Shown piece after piece: positions 20,508 to 30,339 of a stretch of DNA of 64,000 nt; the first letter of the stretch is position 1, and each line of letters starts with the position of its first letter. Below the pieces are notes generated by a model. It was given only the letters and a program-made list of their open reading frames with translations. It did no database searches and was not told the origin of the DNA. This DNA comes from an uncultured Gemmatimonadales bacterium (GTDB lineage Bacteria; Gemmatimonadota; Gemmatimonadetes; Longimicrobiales; Longimicrobiaceae): contig OY970303.1 of assembly GCA_963716255.1 (NCBI GenBank), positions 3,296,001 to 3,360,000 of the forward strand. Direction: 5' to 3'. Both the position numbers and the translations under genes were made by a program.

Positions 20508-21569
20508 TTACCGTTCGCCGCGGCTGCGCAGCCGCACCAGCTCCTCCACCGGGCGGCGCGCCCCTGCGCGGGCGTTGGCCCGCCGCACGAAGTCCGCCGT
20601 GACACCGTGGTCGCGCAGGCGCACGAGCTGCGCCGGGGGGAGGCCCGCGTAGCCCAGCTCCCGCATCTCCCGCACGAAGGCGGCGCTCACCCCGTGGTCC
20701 CGCATCCGCACCAGCACCCCGGCATCCAGCCCGCCGTACCCCAGCGCCGCCATCTCCCGCACGAAGCCCGCGCTCACCCCGTGGTCGCGGAGCCGCACCA
20801 GCGCCTCCGCGCCGAGGCCGCGGAAGCCCTGCGCCTCCATCTCCCGCACGTACTCCCCGGTGACCCCGTGGTCGCGCAGGCGCACCAGCTCCTCCGCGCC
20901 CAGGCCGCGGATCCCCACCGCCGCCATCTCCCGCACGTAGCGCGGGGTGACGCCGTGGTCGCGCACGCGGACCAGCGCCTCCACGGTGCCCATGCGGAAC
21001 CCCAGCGACCCCATCCCCCGCAGGAACTCCAGCCCCGCCCCGTGCTCGCCGGCCCGCACCAGCTCCGCCACCGAGGGGCGGGCGTAGCGCTGCGACCCCA
21101 GCTCGTCCGCGAAGCCCAGCCCCACGTCGTGCAGCGCCAGCGAGAACTGCTGCGGCGCCGTGGGACGGCCGATGCCGCGGCGGGCGAGCTCCGCCGCGAA
21201 GCCGGCGTCCGGGGCGAAGTCGCAGTGGCCGGAGCCCCGCTCCTGCCGCGCCCACCCCTCGCAGGCGAAGGTCCCCGCGTCGCGCCGCAGGCGGAAGCGC
21301 ACCTGCGTCCCCGCCGCGGAGGCGAGCTGCGCCGCCGACAGCCCCTCCAGCTCCCGCAGCGGTACGCTGCGGCCGTTCATGCTCCGGCCTCCGCCCGGAG
21401 AGCGGTACTCGGTGGTCAGCTGCACCGTCCCGGGCTCCCGCGGGGCGTCGGCGTCCCGGTCCAGGGTCCACAGGATCGAGGGGGATTCCTGGGCCGGCGC
21501 CGCGGCGGGCGCGAGGGAGCCCACGAGGGCGGCGAAGGCGGCGGTGGCCGCGGCTGCGAGAGGGCGCAT
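20508..21569 (-). CDS. Secreted tandem helical-repeat protein
   Basis: Signal peptide; repeated ~25-aa LVR(L/M/V)RDHGV..(Y/F)VREM units. Confidence 0.8.
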   Translation of the reverse strand: MRPLAAAATAAFAALVGSLAPAAAPAQESPSILWTLDRDADAPREPGTVQLTTEYRSPGGGRSMNGRSVPLRELEGLSAAQLASAAGTQVRFRLRRDAGTFACEGWARQERGSGHCDFAPDAGFAAELARRGIGRPTAPQQFSLALHDVGLGFADELGSQRYARPSVAELVRAGEHGAGLEFLRGMGSLGFRMGTVEALVRVRDHGVTPRYVREMAAVGIRGLGAEELVRLRDHGVTGEYVREMEAQGFRGLGAEALVRLRDHGVSAGFVREMAALGYGGLDAGVLVRMRDHGVSAAFVREMRELGYAGLPPAQLVRLRDHGVTADFVRRANARAGARRPVEELVRLRSRGER

Positions 21570-21714
21570 CGGGACGTGCTCCGGGTGGAGGGGGCGACTG
21601 CATCGGGCACCACGTTGGACAGCGCGCGGGGGGCGGAGGTTGGAAGCCGGGCCGCGTCGCTTTACGTTTCCTCGCCGCCCCCGCGACCCCGGACCCCCTC
21701 ACCGCTCCGCCCGC

Positions 21715-22269
21715 ATGCGCCTCCGCCGCGCCGTCCCCCCCCTCCTCGCGCTCGCCCTGGGGGCGTGTGCAGCCCGCCCCGTCCCGGATCCCGCCCGCCC
21801 TGCCACGGCCCAGGAGGTGCGCGCGCGCACCGAGCGGCAGGTGCTCGAGCTGGTCAACTCGTACCGCCAGGGGCGGGGGCTCAGCCGCCTGCACCACGAC
21901 GACTACCTGGCCGGGGTGGCGCGGGAGCACAGCGAGGCCGCCGCGCGCGGCGAGCGCGCCTTCAGCCACGACGGGCTGGACACTCGCGCGCGCCGCGTGG
22001 GCGAGCGGCTGTCGTTCCTGGACATGGGCGAGAACCTGTACTCCAGGCAGCCGGCGTCGCCGCTTTCCGGCTGGTACGCCGTCACGGGGTGGCTGGAGAG
22101 CCCCCCGCACCTGGCTCTCATTGAGGGGTGCTTCGACCTGGCCGGCGTGGGGATGGCGTCCGACTCCGCCGGCGGCGTCTACTACACGCTGCTCTTCGTG
22201 CTCCAGGCGCGCCGCTCCGTCCTCACCGGCCAGGTCACCGCCACCCGCAACGGGCCCAGCTGCCGCTGA
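21715..22269 (+). CDS. CAP (SCP) domain lipoprotein
   Basis: LGAC lipobox; VNSYR, AREHS, FSH, GENL, WLESPPH. Confidence 0.88.
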   Translation: MRLRRAVPPLLALALGACAARPVPDPARPATAQEVRARTERQVLELVNSYRQGRGLSRLHHDDYLAGVAREHSEAAARGERAFSHDGLDTRARRVGERLSFLDMGENLYSRQPASPLSGWYAVTGWLESPPHLALIEGCFDLAGVGMASDSAGGVYYTLLFVLQARRSVLTGQVTATRNGPSCR

Positions 22270-22408
22270 CCGCTTCGACGCGCGTGCCACGCATCTTGCG
22301 GGATCTCCCGGCCGCTTTCGCGGTACATGGTGCCCAGGGCTCGCCCGCGCCGGGAGGCGGGACGCCCGCCCACTTTCCCGATTTCCCGATCTCGGAGGAG
22401 CTTTGGCG

Positions 22409-24064
22409 ATGAGGAATACCCGTTTCCCCGGCCTGGTCGCGCTCGCCCTGGGCGCGAGCGTCCTGGCCGGACCGGCCGCCGCGCAGCAGCAGCCCACCCG
22501 CCCGGCCCCCGCCCCCGCGGCCACCCCCGACGAGGCGCTGGGGCTTCCGCCCGCCGACTGGTGGTTCCAGGAGCAGGCGGGCGGCGGCCACTTCCCGGGA
22601 ACCGCCGCGGCGCGGGCGTACCGGGAGCTGCTGGCCGGCCGGCAGCCGCGGCAGCCCGTGGTGGTCGCCATCATCGACACCGGGGTGGACATCGAGCACG
22701 AGGACCTGGACGGCGTCATCTGGACCAACGAGGACGAGATTCCCGGCAACGGCGTGGACGACGACCGCAACGGCTACGTGGACGACGTGCACGGCTGGAA
22801 CTTCATCGGCGGCAGGGGCGGCAACGTCCACCAGGACACCTACGAGATCACCCGCGTCTATGCCGCGCTGCGCCGCTACGAGGGAGCCCGGCAGGACACC
22901 CTTTCCACCGCCGGCCGCGCCGAGTACCAGCGCTGGCAGCAGGTCAAGGTCGACTTCCAGAAGGAGATCGCCAGCGCGCAGGAGCAGCTCCAGCAGGTGG
23001 CCGGGATCAAGACCGCGCTCGACCAGTTCCTGGTCCTGCTGCGGCGCGAGGTGGGCTCCGACTCGCTCACGGTGGAGAACGTCTCGGCGCTTCGCCCGGT
23101 GCGGATGGAGGTGATGCAGGCGCAGCAGGCGTACCTCCAGCTCGCCGCCGCCGGCATCACCCCCAGGGCGGTGGACGACGAGGTGGAGCGGCTCCAGGGG
23201 CGGCTGCGCAACGGCCTCAACCCCGACTTCAACCCGCGCACCGTGGTGGGCGACGACCCCGCCAACCCCACCCAGCGCGGCTACGGCAACAACGACGTGG
23301 AGGGGCCCGACGCCTCGCACGGCACCCACGTGGCCGGGATCGTGGGCGCCGAGCGCGGCAACGGAATCGGGGTGGACGGCATCGCCTCGTCCGTGCGCAT
23401 CATGCCCGTGCGCGTGGTGCCCGACGGCGACGAGCGCGACAAGGACGTGGCCAACGCCATCCGCTACGCCGTGGACAACGGCGCCCGGGTCATCAACATG
23501 AGCTTCGGCAAGGCCTACTCGCCCCAGAAGGGCGTGGTGGACGACGCCGTGCGCTACGCCGACTCCAAGGGCGTGCTGCTGGTGCACGCCGCCGGCAACG
23601 ACGCCTCCAACCTGGATCTCCGGCCCAGCTATCCCATCCGCGCCTTCCAGGCGGGCGGGCAGCCCAGGCTGTGGATCGAGGTGGGCGCCTCGTCGTACAC
23701 GGCCGACTCGCTGGCGGCCTCGTTCTCCAACTACAGCCAGACCCGGGTGGACGTGTTCGCGCCGGGCGTGAGCATCCTGTCCACCGTGCCGGGCAACGGC
23801 TACGACCGCAACCAGGGCACCAGCATGTCGGCCCCGGTGGTGACGGGGCTGGCCGCGCTGATCATGTCCTACTACCCGCAGCTCACCGCCGAGCAGGTGC
23901 GCGCCATCATCCTGGAGTCGGCGACGCGCTTCCCCAACCAGCGGGTGATCAAGCCGGGCGAGGAGAGCGCGCAGGTGGCGTTTTCCGAGCTTTCCGTGAC
24001 CGGCGGCGTGGTCAACGCGTACGAGGCGCTTCGTCTGGCGGCGCAGAGGGCCGGAGCCAGGTAA
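22409..24064 (+). CDS. S8 subtilisin-like serine peptidase
   Basis: IIDTGVD, HGTHVAG, AAGND, GTSMSAP catalytic motifs; signal peptide; GGAGGAG SD. Confidence 0.95.
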   Translation: MRNTRFPGLVALALGASVLAGPAAAQQQPTRPAPAPAATPDEALGLPPADWWFQEQAGGGHFPGTAAARAYRELLAGRQPRQPVVVAIIDTGVDIEHEDLDGVIWTNEDEIPGNGVDDDRNGYVDDVHGWNFIGGRGGNVHQDTYEITRVYAALRRYEGARQDTLSTAGRAEYQRWQQVKVDFQKEIASAQEQLQQVAGIKTALDQFLVLLRREVGSDSLTVENVSALRPVRMEVMQAQQAYLQLAAAGITPRAVDDEVERLQGRLRNGLNPDFNPRTVVGDDPANPTQRGYGNNDVEGPDASHGTHVAGIVGAERGNGIGVDGIASSVRIMPVRVVPDGDERDKDVANAIRYAVDNGARVINMSFGKAYSPQKGVVDDAVRYADSKGVLLVHAAGNDASNLDLRPSYPIRAFQAGGQPRLWIEVGASSYTADSLAASFSNYSQTRVDVFAPGVSILSTVPGNGYDRNQGTSMSAPVVTGLAALIMSYYPQLTAEQVRAIILESATRFPNQRVIKPGEESAQVAFSELSVTGGVVNAYEALRLAAQRAGAR

Positions 24065-24082
24065 ACGGCGAACTGCGGGGTT

Positions 24083-24211
24083 GGGCGTGCCCCCGGCTGG
24101 CGCCGGGGTCGGGCTTCGGCTCCGTAACGCACGACACAACCGTGCGTAACGGAGTCGAGCCCGCGCAAACAGCAGCGCGGTCTCGCCCCTTCGGGCCGAA
24201 ATCCCTCACGC
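24083..24211 (-). ncRNA. Structured repeat family 1, copy D
   Basis: Reverse-complement copy; variable stem ACGCACGG/TCGTGCGT. Confidence 0.7.
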
Positions 24212-24242
24212 GGGATGCGCGCTGGCGTCCGCGAGTACCGGC

Positions 24243-24366
24243 CCCCTCTCCCCCGCAAGCTGGGGGAAAGTGGGGAGAACGACACGCGGTAGGCGGGGAT
24301 CGAAGCGTGGAGATTCCCCTCCCCCGGAACGGGGGAGGGTGGCGGCTCCAAGGCCGCCGGGTGGGG
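24243..24366. repeat. REP-like family-2 palindrome cluster
   Basis: Homologous to 10855-10980. Confidence 0.75.
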
Positions 24367-24378
24367 GCCGCCGGCCCC

Positions 24379-24425
24379 GACGACAGCGCCCCCGCCGGGA
24401 TCTCCCCGGCGGGGGCGCTGTCGTC
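24379..24425. terminator. 21-bp perfect hairpin between convergent genes
   Basis: GACGACAGCGCCCCCGCCGGG-ATCTC-CCCGGCGGGGGCGCTGTCGTC. Confidence 0.7.
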
Positions 24426-24449
24426 CCGCACGTCCGCACTTCCGTTCCC

Positions 24450-25298
24450 CTACAGCCGGGTCGTGTTGAAGGTGTCGCACTGGCGCATGTCGCCGCTCTC
24501 GAAGCCGCGGCGGAACCAGCGCGCCCGCTGCTCCGAGGTGCCGTGCGTGAAGCTCTCCGGGACCACGCGGCCCTGGCTCTGCTTCTGAAGGCGGTCGTCG
24601 CCGATGGCGCTGGCGGCGTTGAGCGCCTCGTCGATGTCGCCGGGGTCCAGCACCACCTCGCTCACCCGCGGAGCGTGGTAGCCCCACACGCCCGCGTAGC
24701 AGTCCGCCTGCAGCTCCAGCCGCACCGACATCTCGTTCCCCTCCGCCCTGCTCAGCCGCTGCTGCGCGTTGTGCACCTCGTCCGAGGTGCCCATCAGGTT
24801 CTGCACGTGGTGCCCCACCTCGTGGGCGATCACGTACGCCTGGGCGAAGTCGCCCGGGGCCCCCAGCTGCGACTTCAGGTCGCGGTAGAAGCTCAGGTCG
24901 ATGTACACGCTCTGGTCCGGCGGGCAGTAGAACGGCCCCATCGCCGACTGCCCCGTGCCGCACGCAGTGGGCGTCGTCCCGCTGAAGAGCACCAGCTCGG
25001 GCTCCCGGTACTGCTGGCCGGTGGCCTGGGGATAGGCCTGCTTCCACACGTCCTGCGTGCTCGCCAGCGTCTGGTCCACGAACAGGCCCAGCGAGTCCGA
25101 GGGCGGTGTGCCGGGCGCGCTCCCCGGCGGCGCCTGCTCCGCCGGCGCCTGCTGCAGCACCGCGCCCGGGTCGCCGCCCATGAACATGACGATCAGCGCG
25201 ATCACCACCGCGCCGATCCCGCCTCCGGCCATGGCCCCGCCCCCCATCCCGCGCCGGTCGGTGACGTTGCCGCTTCTCTTGTTGCCCGTAAAGCGCAT
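24450..25298 (-). CDS. ypfJ: Neutral zinc metallopeptidase (YpfJ family)
   Basis: SGNVTDRRG, GPFYCPPD, GDFAQAYVIAHEVGHHVQ, ELQADCYAG, FTHGTSEQR. Confidence 0.92.
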   Translation of the reverse strand: MRFTGNKRSGNVTDRRGMGGGAMAGGGIGAVVIALIVMFMGGDPGAVLQQAPAEQAPPGSAPGTPPSDSLGLFVDQTLASTQDVWKQAYPQATGQQYREPELVLFSGTTPTACGTGQSAMGPFYCPPDQSVYIDLSFYRDLKSQLGAPGDFAQAYVIAHEVGHHVQNLMGTSDEVHNAQQRLSRAEGNEMSVRLELQADCYAGVWGYHAPRVSEVVLDPGDIDEALNAASAIGDDRLQKQSQGRVVPESFTHGTSEQRARWFRRGFESGDMRQCDTFNTTRL

Positions 25299-25413
25299 CC
25301 TGGCCTCCGCTGTTGCGCGTCGCGTCCCGCAGTCCCTTTTCCGGACCCCTTCCGCAAGGGAAGCGCCAGCGCGACTTTCCCCTGACTTGTTCGGGCCGGG
25401 GACAGGAGGGACG

Positions 25414-26373
25414 ATGACCCGATTGATCGTGCTGGGCGTGCTCGCCGCGCTCTTCTTCAGCAGCACCTTCGTGCTCAACCGCTCCATGAGCCTGGAGGGC
25501 GGGCACTGGGTGTGGACGGCCAGCCTGCGCTTCGCCTGGATGCTCCTCCTGCTCACCGGTTGGATGCTCGCCGCGCGGGGCCCGCGCGGGGTGCGGGCGG
25601 CCTGGGCGCTCTTCCGCGGGCACCCGCTGTTCTGGACCGCGGCGGGGAGCGTGGGGTTCGGGGTGTTCTACGCGCTGGTCTCCTTTGCCTCGTCGTACGC
25701 CGCCGGGTGGGTGGTCGCGGCCACCTGGCAGACCACCCTGCTGGCGACCCCGCTGGTGCTGCTCGCCTTCGGACGGCGGGTGCCCGCGCGCGGCGTGCTG
25801 CTGACGCTGCTCATCTTCGCCGGGATCCTGCTGGTCAACGCCGAGCACGCGGGCACCGGCGGGGCGGGCGGCGCCTGGCGCGGGGCGCTCCCGGTGGTGC
25901 TGGCGGCCTTCGCCTACCCGCTGGGCAACCAGATGGTGTGGGAGGCCCGCAGCGGCGGCCACGGGCGCATTCCCGCGCTCGCCGGGCCAGTGCTGGACGA
26001 CCGCTTCGCCGTGGTATGGCTGATGACGCTGGGCTCCATCCCCTTCTGGCTCCTCCTGGCGCTGGCGGCGCGCCCCCCTGCGCCATCCGCCGGGCAGGTG
26101 GCGAGCACCGGGGTGGTGGCGCTGCTCGCCGGCGTGGTGGCGACCACCCTCTTCCTGCACGCGCGGCAGGGCGCGCGCGAGCCGTACGAGCTGGCGGCGG
26201 TGGATTCCACCCAGGCCGCCGAGGTGGTGTTCTCGCTGGCGGGCGAGGTGCTCCTCCTGGGCGCGGCGCTCCCCGGCGCGGCGGGGTGGGCCGGGATCGC
26301 GCTCACGGTGGTGGGGCTGGTCCTGTACGTGCGCGCCCAGTCCGTGCCCGCCGGGGCGCCGGCCCCGCCGTGA
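25414..26373 (+). CDS. DMT-superfamily efflux transporter family protein (YjlA-like)
   Basis: AALFFSSTFVLNRSM..GGHWVWTASLR, AYPLGN, STQAAEVVF. Confidence 0.85.
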   Translation: MTRLIVLGVLAALFFSSTFVLNRSMSLEGGHWVWTASLRFAWMLLLLTGWMLAARGPRGVRAAWALFRGHPLFWTAAGSVGFGVFYALVSFASSYAAGWVVAATWQTTLLATPLVLLAFGRRVPARGVLLTLLIFAGILLVNAEHAGTGGAGGAWRGALPVVLAAFAYPLGNQMVWEARSGGHGRIPALAGPVLDDRFAVVWLMTLGSIPFWLLLALAARPPAPSAGQVASTGVVALLAGVVATTLFLHARQGAREPYELAAVDSTQAAEVVFSLAGEVLLLGAALPGAAGWAGIALTVVGLVLYVRAQSVPAGAPAPP

Positions 26374-26423
26374 GCGCACGCCCCGGGCGCGGAGGACGCA
26401 CGGATGTTGCTGGGCCACCCGGC

Positions 26424-28511
26424 ATGCAGCAGACCGGAGCCCCGCCCCCGCCCGCCCTCCCCGCCGGACCCGTCGGCCGGCTCGCCGCGTCGCTGCGCGC
26501 CTCCGCGCGCCCGGCCCCGGTGCCGCCCGCCATCGCCGCCGGGCTGCGCACCGCCACGGCCACGGTGGCGCCGCTCCTCGCCGGCCACGCGCTGGGGATC
26601 CCCGAGGCGATGCTCGCCGGGCTGGGCGGCTTCATGGTGTCCCGCGCCGACAACGGCGGCGCGTACCGCAGCCGCGCCGCCGCCATGGCCGCGCAGGCGC
26701 TGGCCATCGCCTTCGCCGCGGTGGCCGGCGCGCTCCTGCGGCCCTGGCCGGCTGCGGCGGTCCCGGCCGTGCTGCTGTGGACCACGGCCGCCAGCCTGGC
26801 GCGCGCGTACGGCCCCGCCGCCGGCACCACCGGGGTGACCGCCACGGTGATGTTCGTGGTGGCCATCTCCACGCCGTCCGCGGGCGCCGCGTCGGCGCTG
26901 CAGCACGGCGGCTGGGTGCTGGTGGGAGCCGCCTGGGCCATGCTGCTGTCGCTGGCGCTGTGGCCGGTGCGCCCCTACCGCCCCGGCATGCTGGCGGTGG
27001 CGGCGTGCTACCGCGCGCTGGCCGACTACGCCGGGGCGCTCGCCCTCCCGCCGGAGGCGGCGCAGGCCACGCGCGGCGGCGCCGCCTTCCTCCCCGCGCG
27101 CCAGGCGGTGGAAGCGGCGCGCGCCACCCTGGCCGCCATCCGGCGCGGACGCTCCGGCGAGAGCGTGCGCGGCGAGCGGCTGCTGGTGCTGCTGGAGACC
27201 GCCGACCGGGTGCTCATCAACCTGGTGGCGCTGGGCGACGTGCTGGAGGGCGCCGCCGCCGAGGGGGAGCGCCGCGCGGCCGAGGCGGGGCTGGGCGCGA
27301 TCGCGGAGGAGCTGCGCGGCTGCGCCGCGCGGGTGGAGGGCGAGGGCGCAGGCCCGGCGCAGGCGGACGCGGACGCCCCCGCGGCGGGCGCCGGGCTTGC
27401 CGGGCCGCTGCTGGACCGGGTGTCGTTCTACGCCCGCGCCGCGGCGCGCATCGCCGAGGGGTTCCGCGACGGCCGGCCGGTGCCGGAAGCGCCCGTGGCC
27501 GCGCTGCGCCTCCCGGAGGAGGAGCGCGACCCGCTCCTCCCCCTGCGGGAGAACCTGACCCGGGAGTCCGCACTCCTGCGGCACGCGCTGCGCGCCGGCA
27601 TCAGCACCGCGGCGGCGGTGGCCGCCACCCAGGCGCTGGGGCTGGAGCGCGGCTACTGGGTAACGCTCACCGTGCTCATCGTGCTGCAGCCGTACACCGG
27701 CGCCACGGTGCAGCGCACGCTGGAGCGCGCCCTTGGCACCGTGCTGGGCGGGGGGATCGCCGCGGGGATCGCGGCGTGGGTGCACGACCCGGGGTGGGTG
27801 CTGGCGCTGGTGTTCGTCATGGCGGCCGCCAGCGTGGCGCTCTTTCCCATCAACGCCGTGCTGTACACCGTGTTCCTGACTCCCACCTTCGTGCTGCTGG
27901 CCGAGGCGAACACCGGCGACTGGGGGCTGGCCGGCGTGCGCGTGCTCGACACCCTGCTGGGCGGCGCGCTGGCGCTGGCGGGCGCGGCGCTGCTCTGGCC
28001 TACCCCGGAGCGCGACCGCCTCCCCGCCGAGGTCGCCGCCGTGCTCCGCGCCGACGCCGAGTACCTGCGGGCCGCTGTGGAGCGGCTGGCCGACGACGGC
28101 GAGGCCGCGGTGGGGCGCATGGTGGCGGCGCGGCGCCGCCTGGGCGTCGCCATCCTCAACGCGGACGCCTGGCTGGAGCAGCTGCTCGCCGCGCCCGGCA
28201 GCCGGGCGGACGAGCTGGAGCCGTGGATGACGCTGCTGGCGTACGGCCGCCGGCTCGCCGGCTCCGTCGCCGCGCTCGCCATCCTGGGCGGCCAGGGCGC
28301 GCTGGGGCGCGGCGAGGTGGCCGGCTTCGGGGCCGCCGCCGAGGGCGTGCTCGCCGACCTCGCCGACGCGCTGGAGGGGGGCCGTCCCCCCGCCCCCCTC
28401 CCCCCGCCGCCCCCGCCGGCGGCCGACCCGCTGCTGCGCGCCCAGCTGGACCGCGTGTCCGCCCAGGTCGCCGTGCTGCACGACGCCGCGGGACGCCTGC
28501 TCCCGGCGTGA
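26424..28511 (+). CDS. FUSC/YccS family membrane protein
   Basis: GGAYRSR, RHALR, RGYWVTLT..LQP, R..GT..G, RVLDTLLG; alternative GTG start at 26370. Confidence 0.85.
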   Translation: MQQTGAPPPPALPAGPVGRLAASLRASARPAPVPPAIAAGLRTATATVAPLLAGHALGIPEAMLAGLGGFMVSRADNGGAYRSRAAAMAAQALAIAFAAVAGALLRPWPAAAVPAVLLWTTAASLARAYGPAAGTTGVTATVMFVVAISTPSAGAASALQHGGWVLVGAAWAMLLSLALWPVRPYRPGMLAVAACYRALADYAGALALPPEAAQATRGGAAFLPARQAVEAARATLAAIRRGRSGESVRGERLLVLLETADRVLINLVALGDVLEGAAAEGERRAAEAGLGAIAEELRGCAARVEGEGAGPAQADADAPAAGAGLAGPLLDRVSFYARAAARIAEGFRDGRPVPEAPVAALRLPEEERDPLLPLRENLTRESALLRHALRAGISTAAAVAATQALGLERGYWVTLTVLIVLQPYTGATVQRTLERALGTVLGGGIAAGIAAWVHDPGWVLALVFVMAAASVALFPINAVLYTVFLTPTFVLLAEANTGDWGLAGVRVLDTLLGGALALAGAALLWPTPERDRLPAEVAAVLRADAEYLRAAVERLADDGEAAVGRMVAARRRLGVAILNADAWLEQLLAAPGSRADELEPWMTLLAYGRRLAGSVAALAILGGQGALGRGEVAGFGAAAEGVLADLADALEGGRPPAPLPPPPPPAADPLLRAQLDRVSAQVAVLHDAAGRLLPA

Positions 28512-28608
28512 CCCGCGACTCCTGGCACGAGACCCGCGCGGCAGCCATCTTTTGCGCTGCCCCGCTCCCGCGAGCCCGTCACCTGTTCCCATGCAGGGAG
28601 GATCCCCG

Positions 28609-30306
28609 ATGAAGCTTCTCCGGTCCGCCGTTCCCGTCCTGGCCCTCGCCGCCTGCGCCCCCGCGGCGCAGCCCGGCGCGGAGCCCGCCGCCATGCCGCC
28701 GGGCGCCGGGGCCGCCGCGCCCGCCGCCGCCGGCGCCATCGACCCCGCGCGCCTGGCGGAGCACGTCCGCACGCTCGCCTCGGACGAGTTCCGGGGGCGC
28801 GGGCCGGCCACGCCCGGCGAGGAAAAGACCGTCGCCTACATCGCCGAGCAGTTCCGGGCGGCCGGCCTCCAGCCGGGCGGCCCGAACGGGAGCTGGTACC
28901 AGGACGTCCCGCTCAACCAGTACGACATGGTCGGCACGCCCAACCTGACCGTCAACGTCGCCGGGCGGCGCATGGACCTCACCCAGGGCGAGCAGATCGC
29001 CGTGCGCGCCAGCATGCGGAACGTGGACCGCGTCACCTTCACCGGGCCGCTGGTCTTCCTGGGCTACGGGGTCAAGGCGCCGGAGCGCCGCTGGGACGAC
29101 TTCAAGGGCGAGAACCTGCGCGGCAAGATCGGCGTCGTCCTCATCAACGACCCGGACTTCGAGAGCGGGCAGGGCGACTTCGGCGGCAAGGCCATGACCT
29201 ACTACGGCCGCTGGACCTACAAGTACGAGGAGGCCGCGCGGCAGGGCCTCATGGGGCTGCTCATCGTGCACGAGACGGCGCCCGCCTCCTACGGCTGGGC
29301 CACGGTCAAGAACTCCAACACCAGCACGATGTTCGACATCGTGCGCGCCGACCCCGCCCAGGTGCACCCGCAGCTGGAGGGTTGGATCCAGCGCGACTTC
29401 GCGGTGGAGCTGTTCCGCGCCGCGGGGCAGGACTTCGAGGCGCTCAAGCGGCGGGCGCAGACGCGCGACTTCCGCCCGGTGCCGCTGGGCGACGCCACCT
29501 TCGCCGCCAACTTCGCGGTGCGGCACGCCACCATCCGCTCCCGCAACGTGCTCGGCCGCGTGCCGGGGAGCACGCGCCCGGGCGAGACCATCCTCTACGG
29601 CGCGCACTGGGACCACCTGGGCGTGGGCGTGCCGGACGCGCGCGGCGACAGCATCTACAACGGCGCCGTGGACAACGCCACGGGCGTGGCGTCGCTGATC
29701 GAGCTGGCGCGAGCCTTCGCCGCCGGCCCGCGGCCGCAGCGCTCGGTGGTCTTCGCCGCGTGGACGGCGGAGGAAAAGGGGCTGCTGGGCTCCGAGTACT
29801 ACGCCGCCAACCCCGTGTACCCGCTGGAGACCACCGTCGCCGGCTTCAACGTGGACGCCCTGGCGCCCACCGGCCCCTCGCGCGACGTCCTCATCGTCGG
29901 CTACGGCCAGAGCGAGCTGGAGGACCGGCTGGAGCGCGTCCTCACCGCAGGCGGGCGGGTGGTGGCGCGCGACCCGCACCCCGAGGCCGGCTACTTCTAC
30001 CGCTCGGACCACTTCCCCATGGCAAAGCGCGGCGTCCCCATGCTGTACGTGGACAGCGGCGTGGACCTGCTGGAGGGGGGCACCGCCGCCGGAGACGCCG
30101 CGGACGCCGCGTACCGCACGGACCGCTACCACCAGCCCGCGGACGAGTACGACGCGGCCACCTGGAACTTCGGCGGCATCGTGCAGGACCTCACGGTGCT
30201 GCACCGCCTGGGTGTGGAGCTGGCCGGCTCGCGAGACTGGCCCAACTACCGCGCCACCTCCGAGTTCCGCCCGGTCCGCGACGCCTCCGCCGCCCGGCGC
30301 CAGTAG
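28609..30306 (+). CDS. M28 family peptidase lipoprotein with PA domain
   Basis: LAAC lipobox, AHWDHLG, GAVDNATG, AEEKGLLGS, RSDH, YHQPAD. Confidence 0.93.
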   Translation: MKLLRSAVPVLALAACAPAAQPGAEPAAMPPGAGAAAPAAAGAIDPARLAEHVRTLASDEFRGRGPATPGEEKTVAYIAEQFRAAGLQPGGPNGSWYQDVPLNQYDMVGTPNLTVNVAGRRMDLTQGEQIAVRASMRNVDRVTFTGPLVFLGYGVKAPERRWDDFKGENLRGKIGVVLINDPDFESGQGDFGGKAMTYYGRWTYKYEEAARQGLMGLLIVHETAPASYGWATVKNSNTSTMFDIVRADPAQVHPQLEGWIQRDFAVELFRAAGQDFEALKRRAQTRDFRPVPLGDATFAANFAVRHATIRSRNVLGRVPGSTRPGETILYGAHWDHLGVGVPDARGDSIYNGAVDNATGVASLIELARAFAAGPRPQRSVVFAAWTAEEKGLLGSEYYAANPVYPLETTVAGFNVDALAPTGPSRDVLIVGYGQSELEDRLERVLTAGGRVVARDPHPEAGYFYRSDHFPMAKRGVPMLYVDSGVDLLEGGTAAGDAADAAYRTDRYHQPADEYDAATWNFGGIVQDLTVLHRLGVELAGSRDWPNYRATSEFRPVRDASAARRQ

Positions 30307-30339
30307 GCGCGGGACACCCCCCGGGAACCGGTGAGCCGC

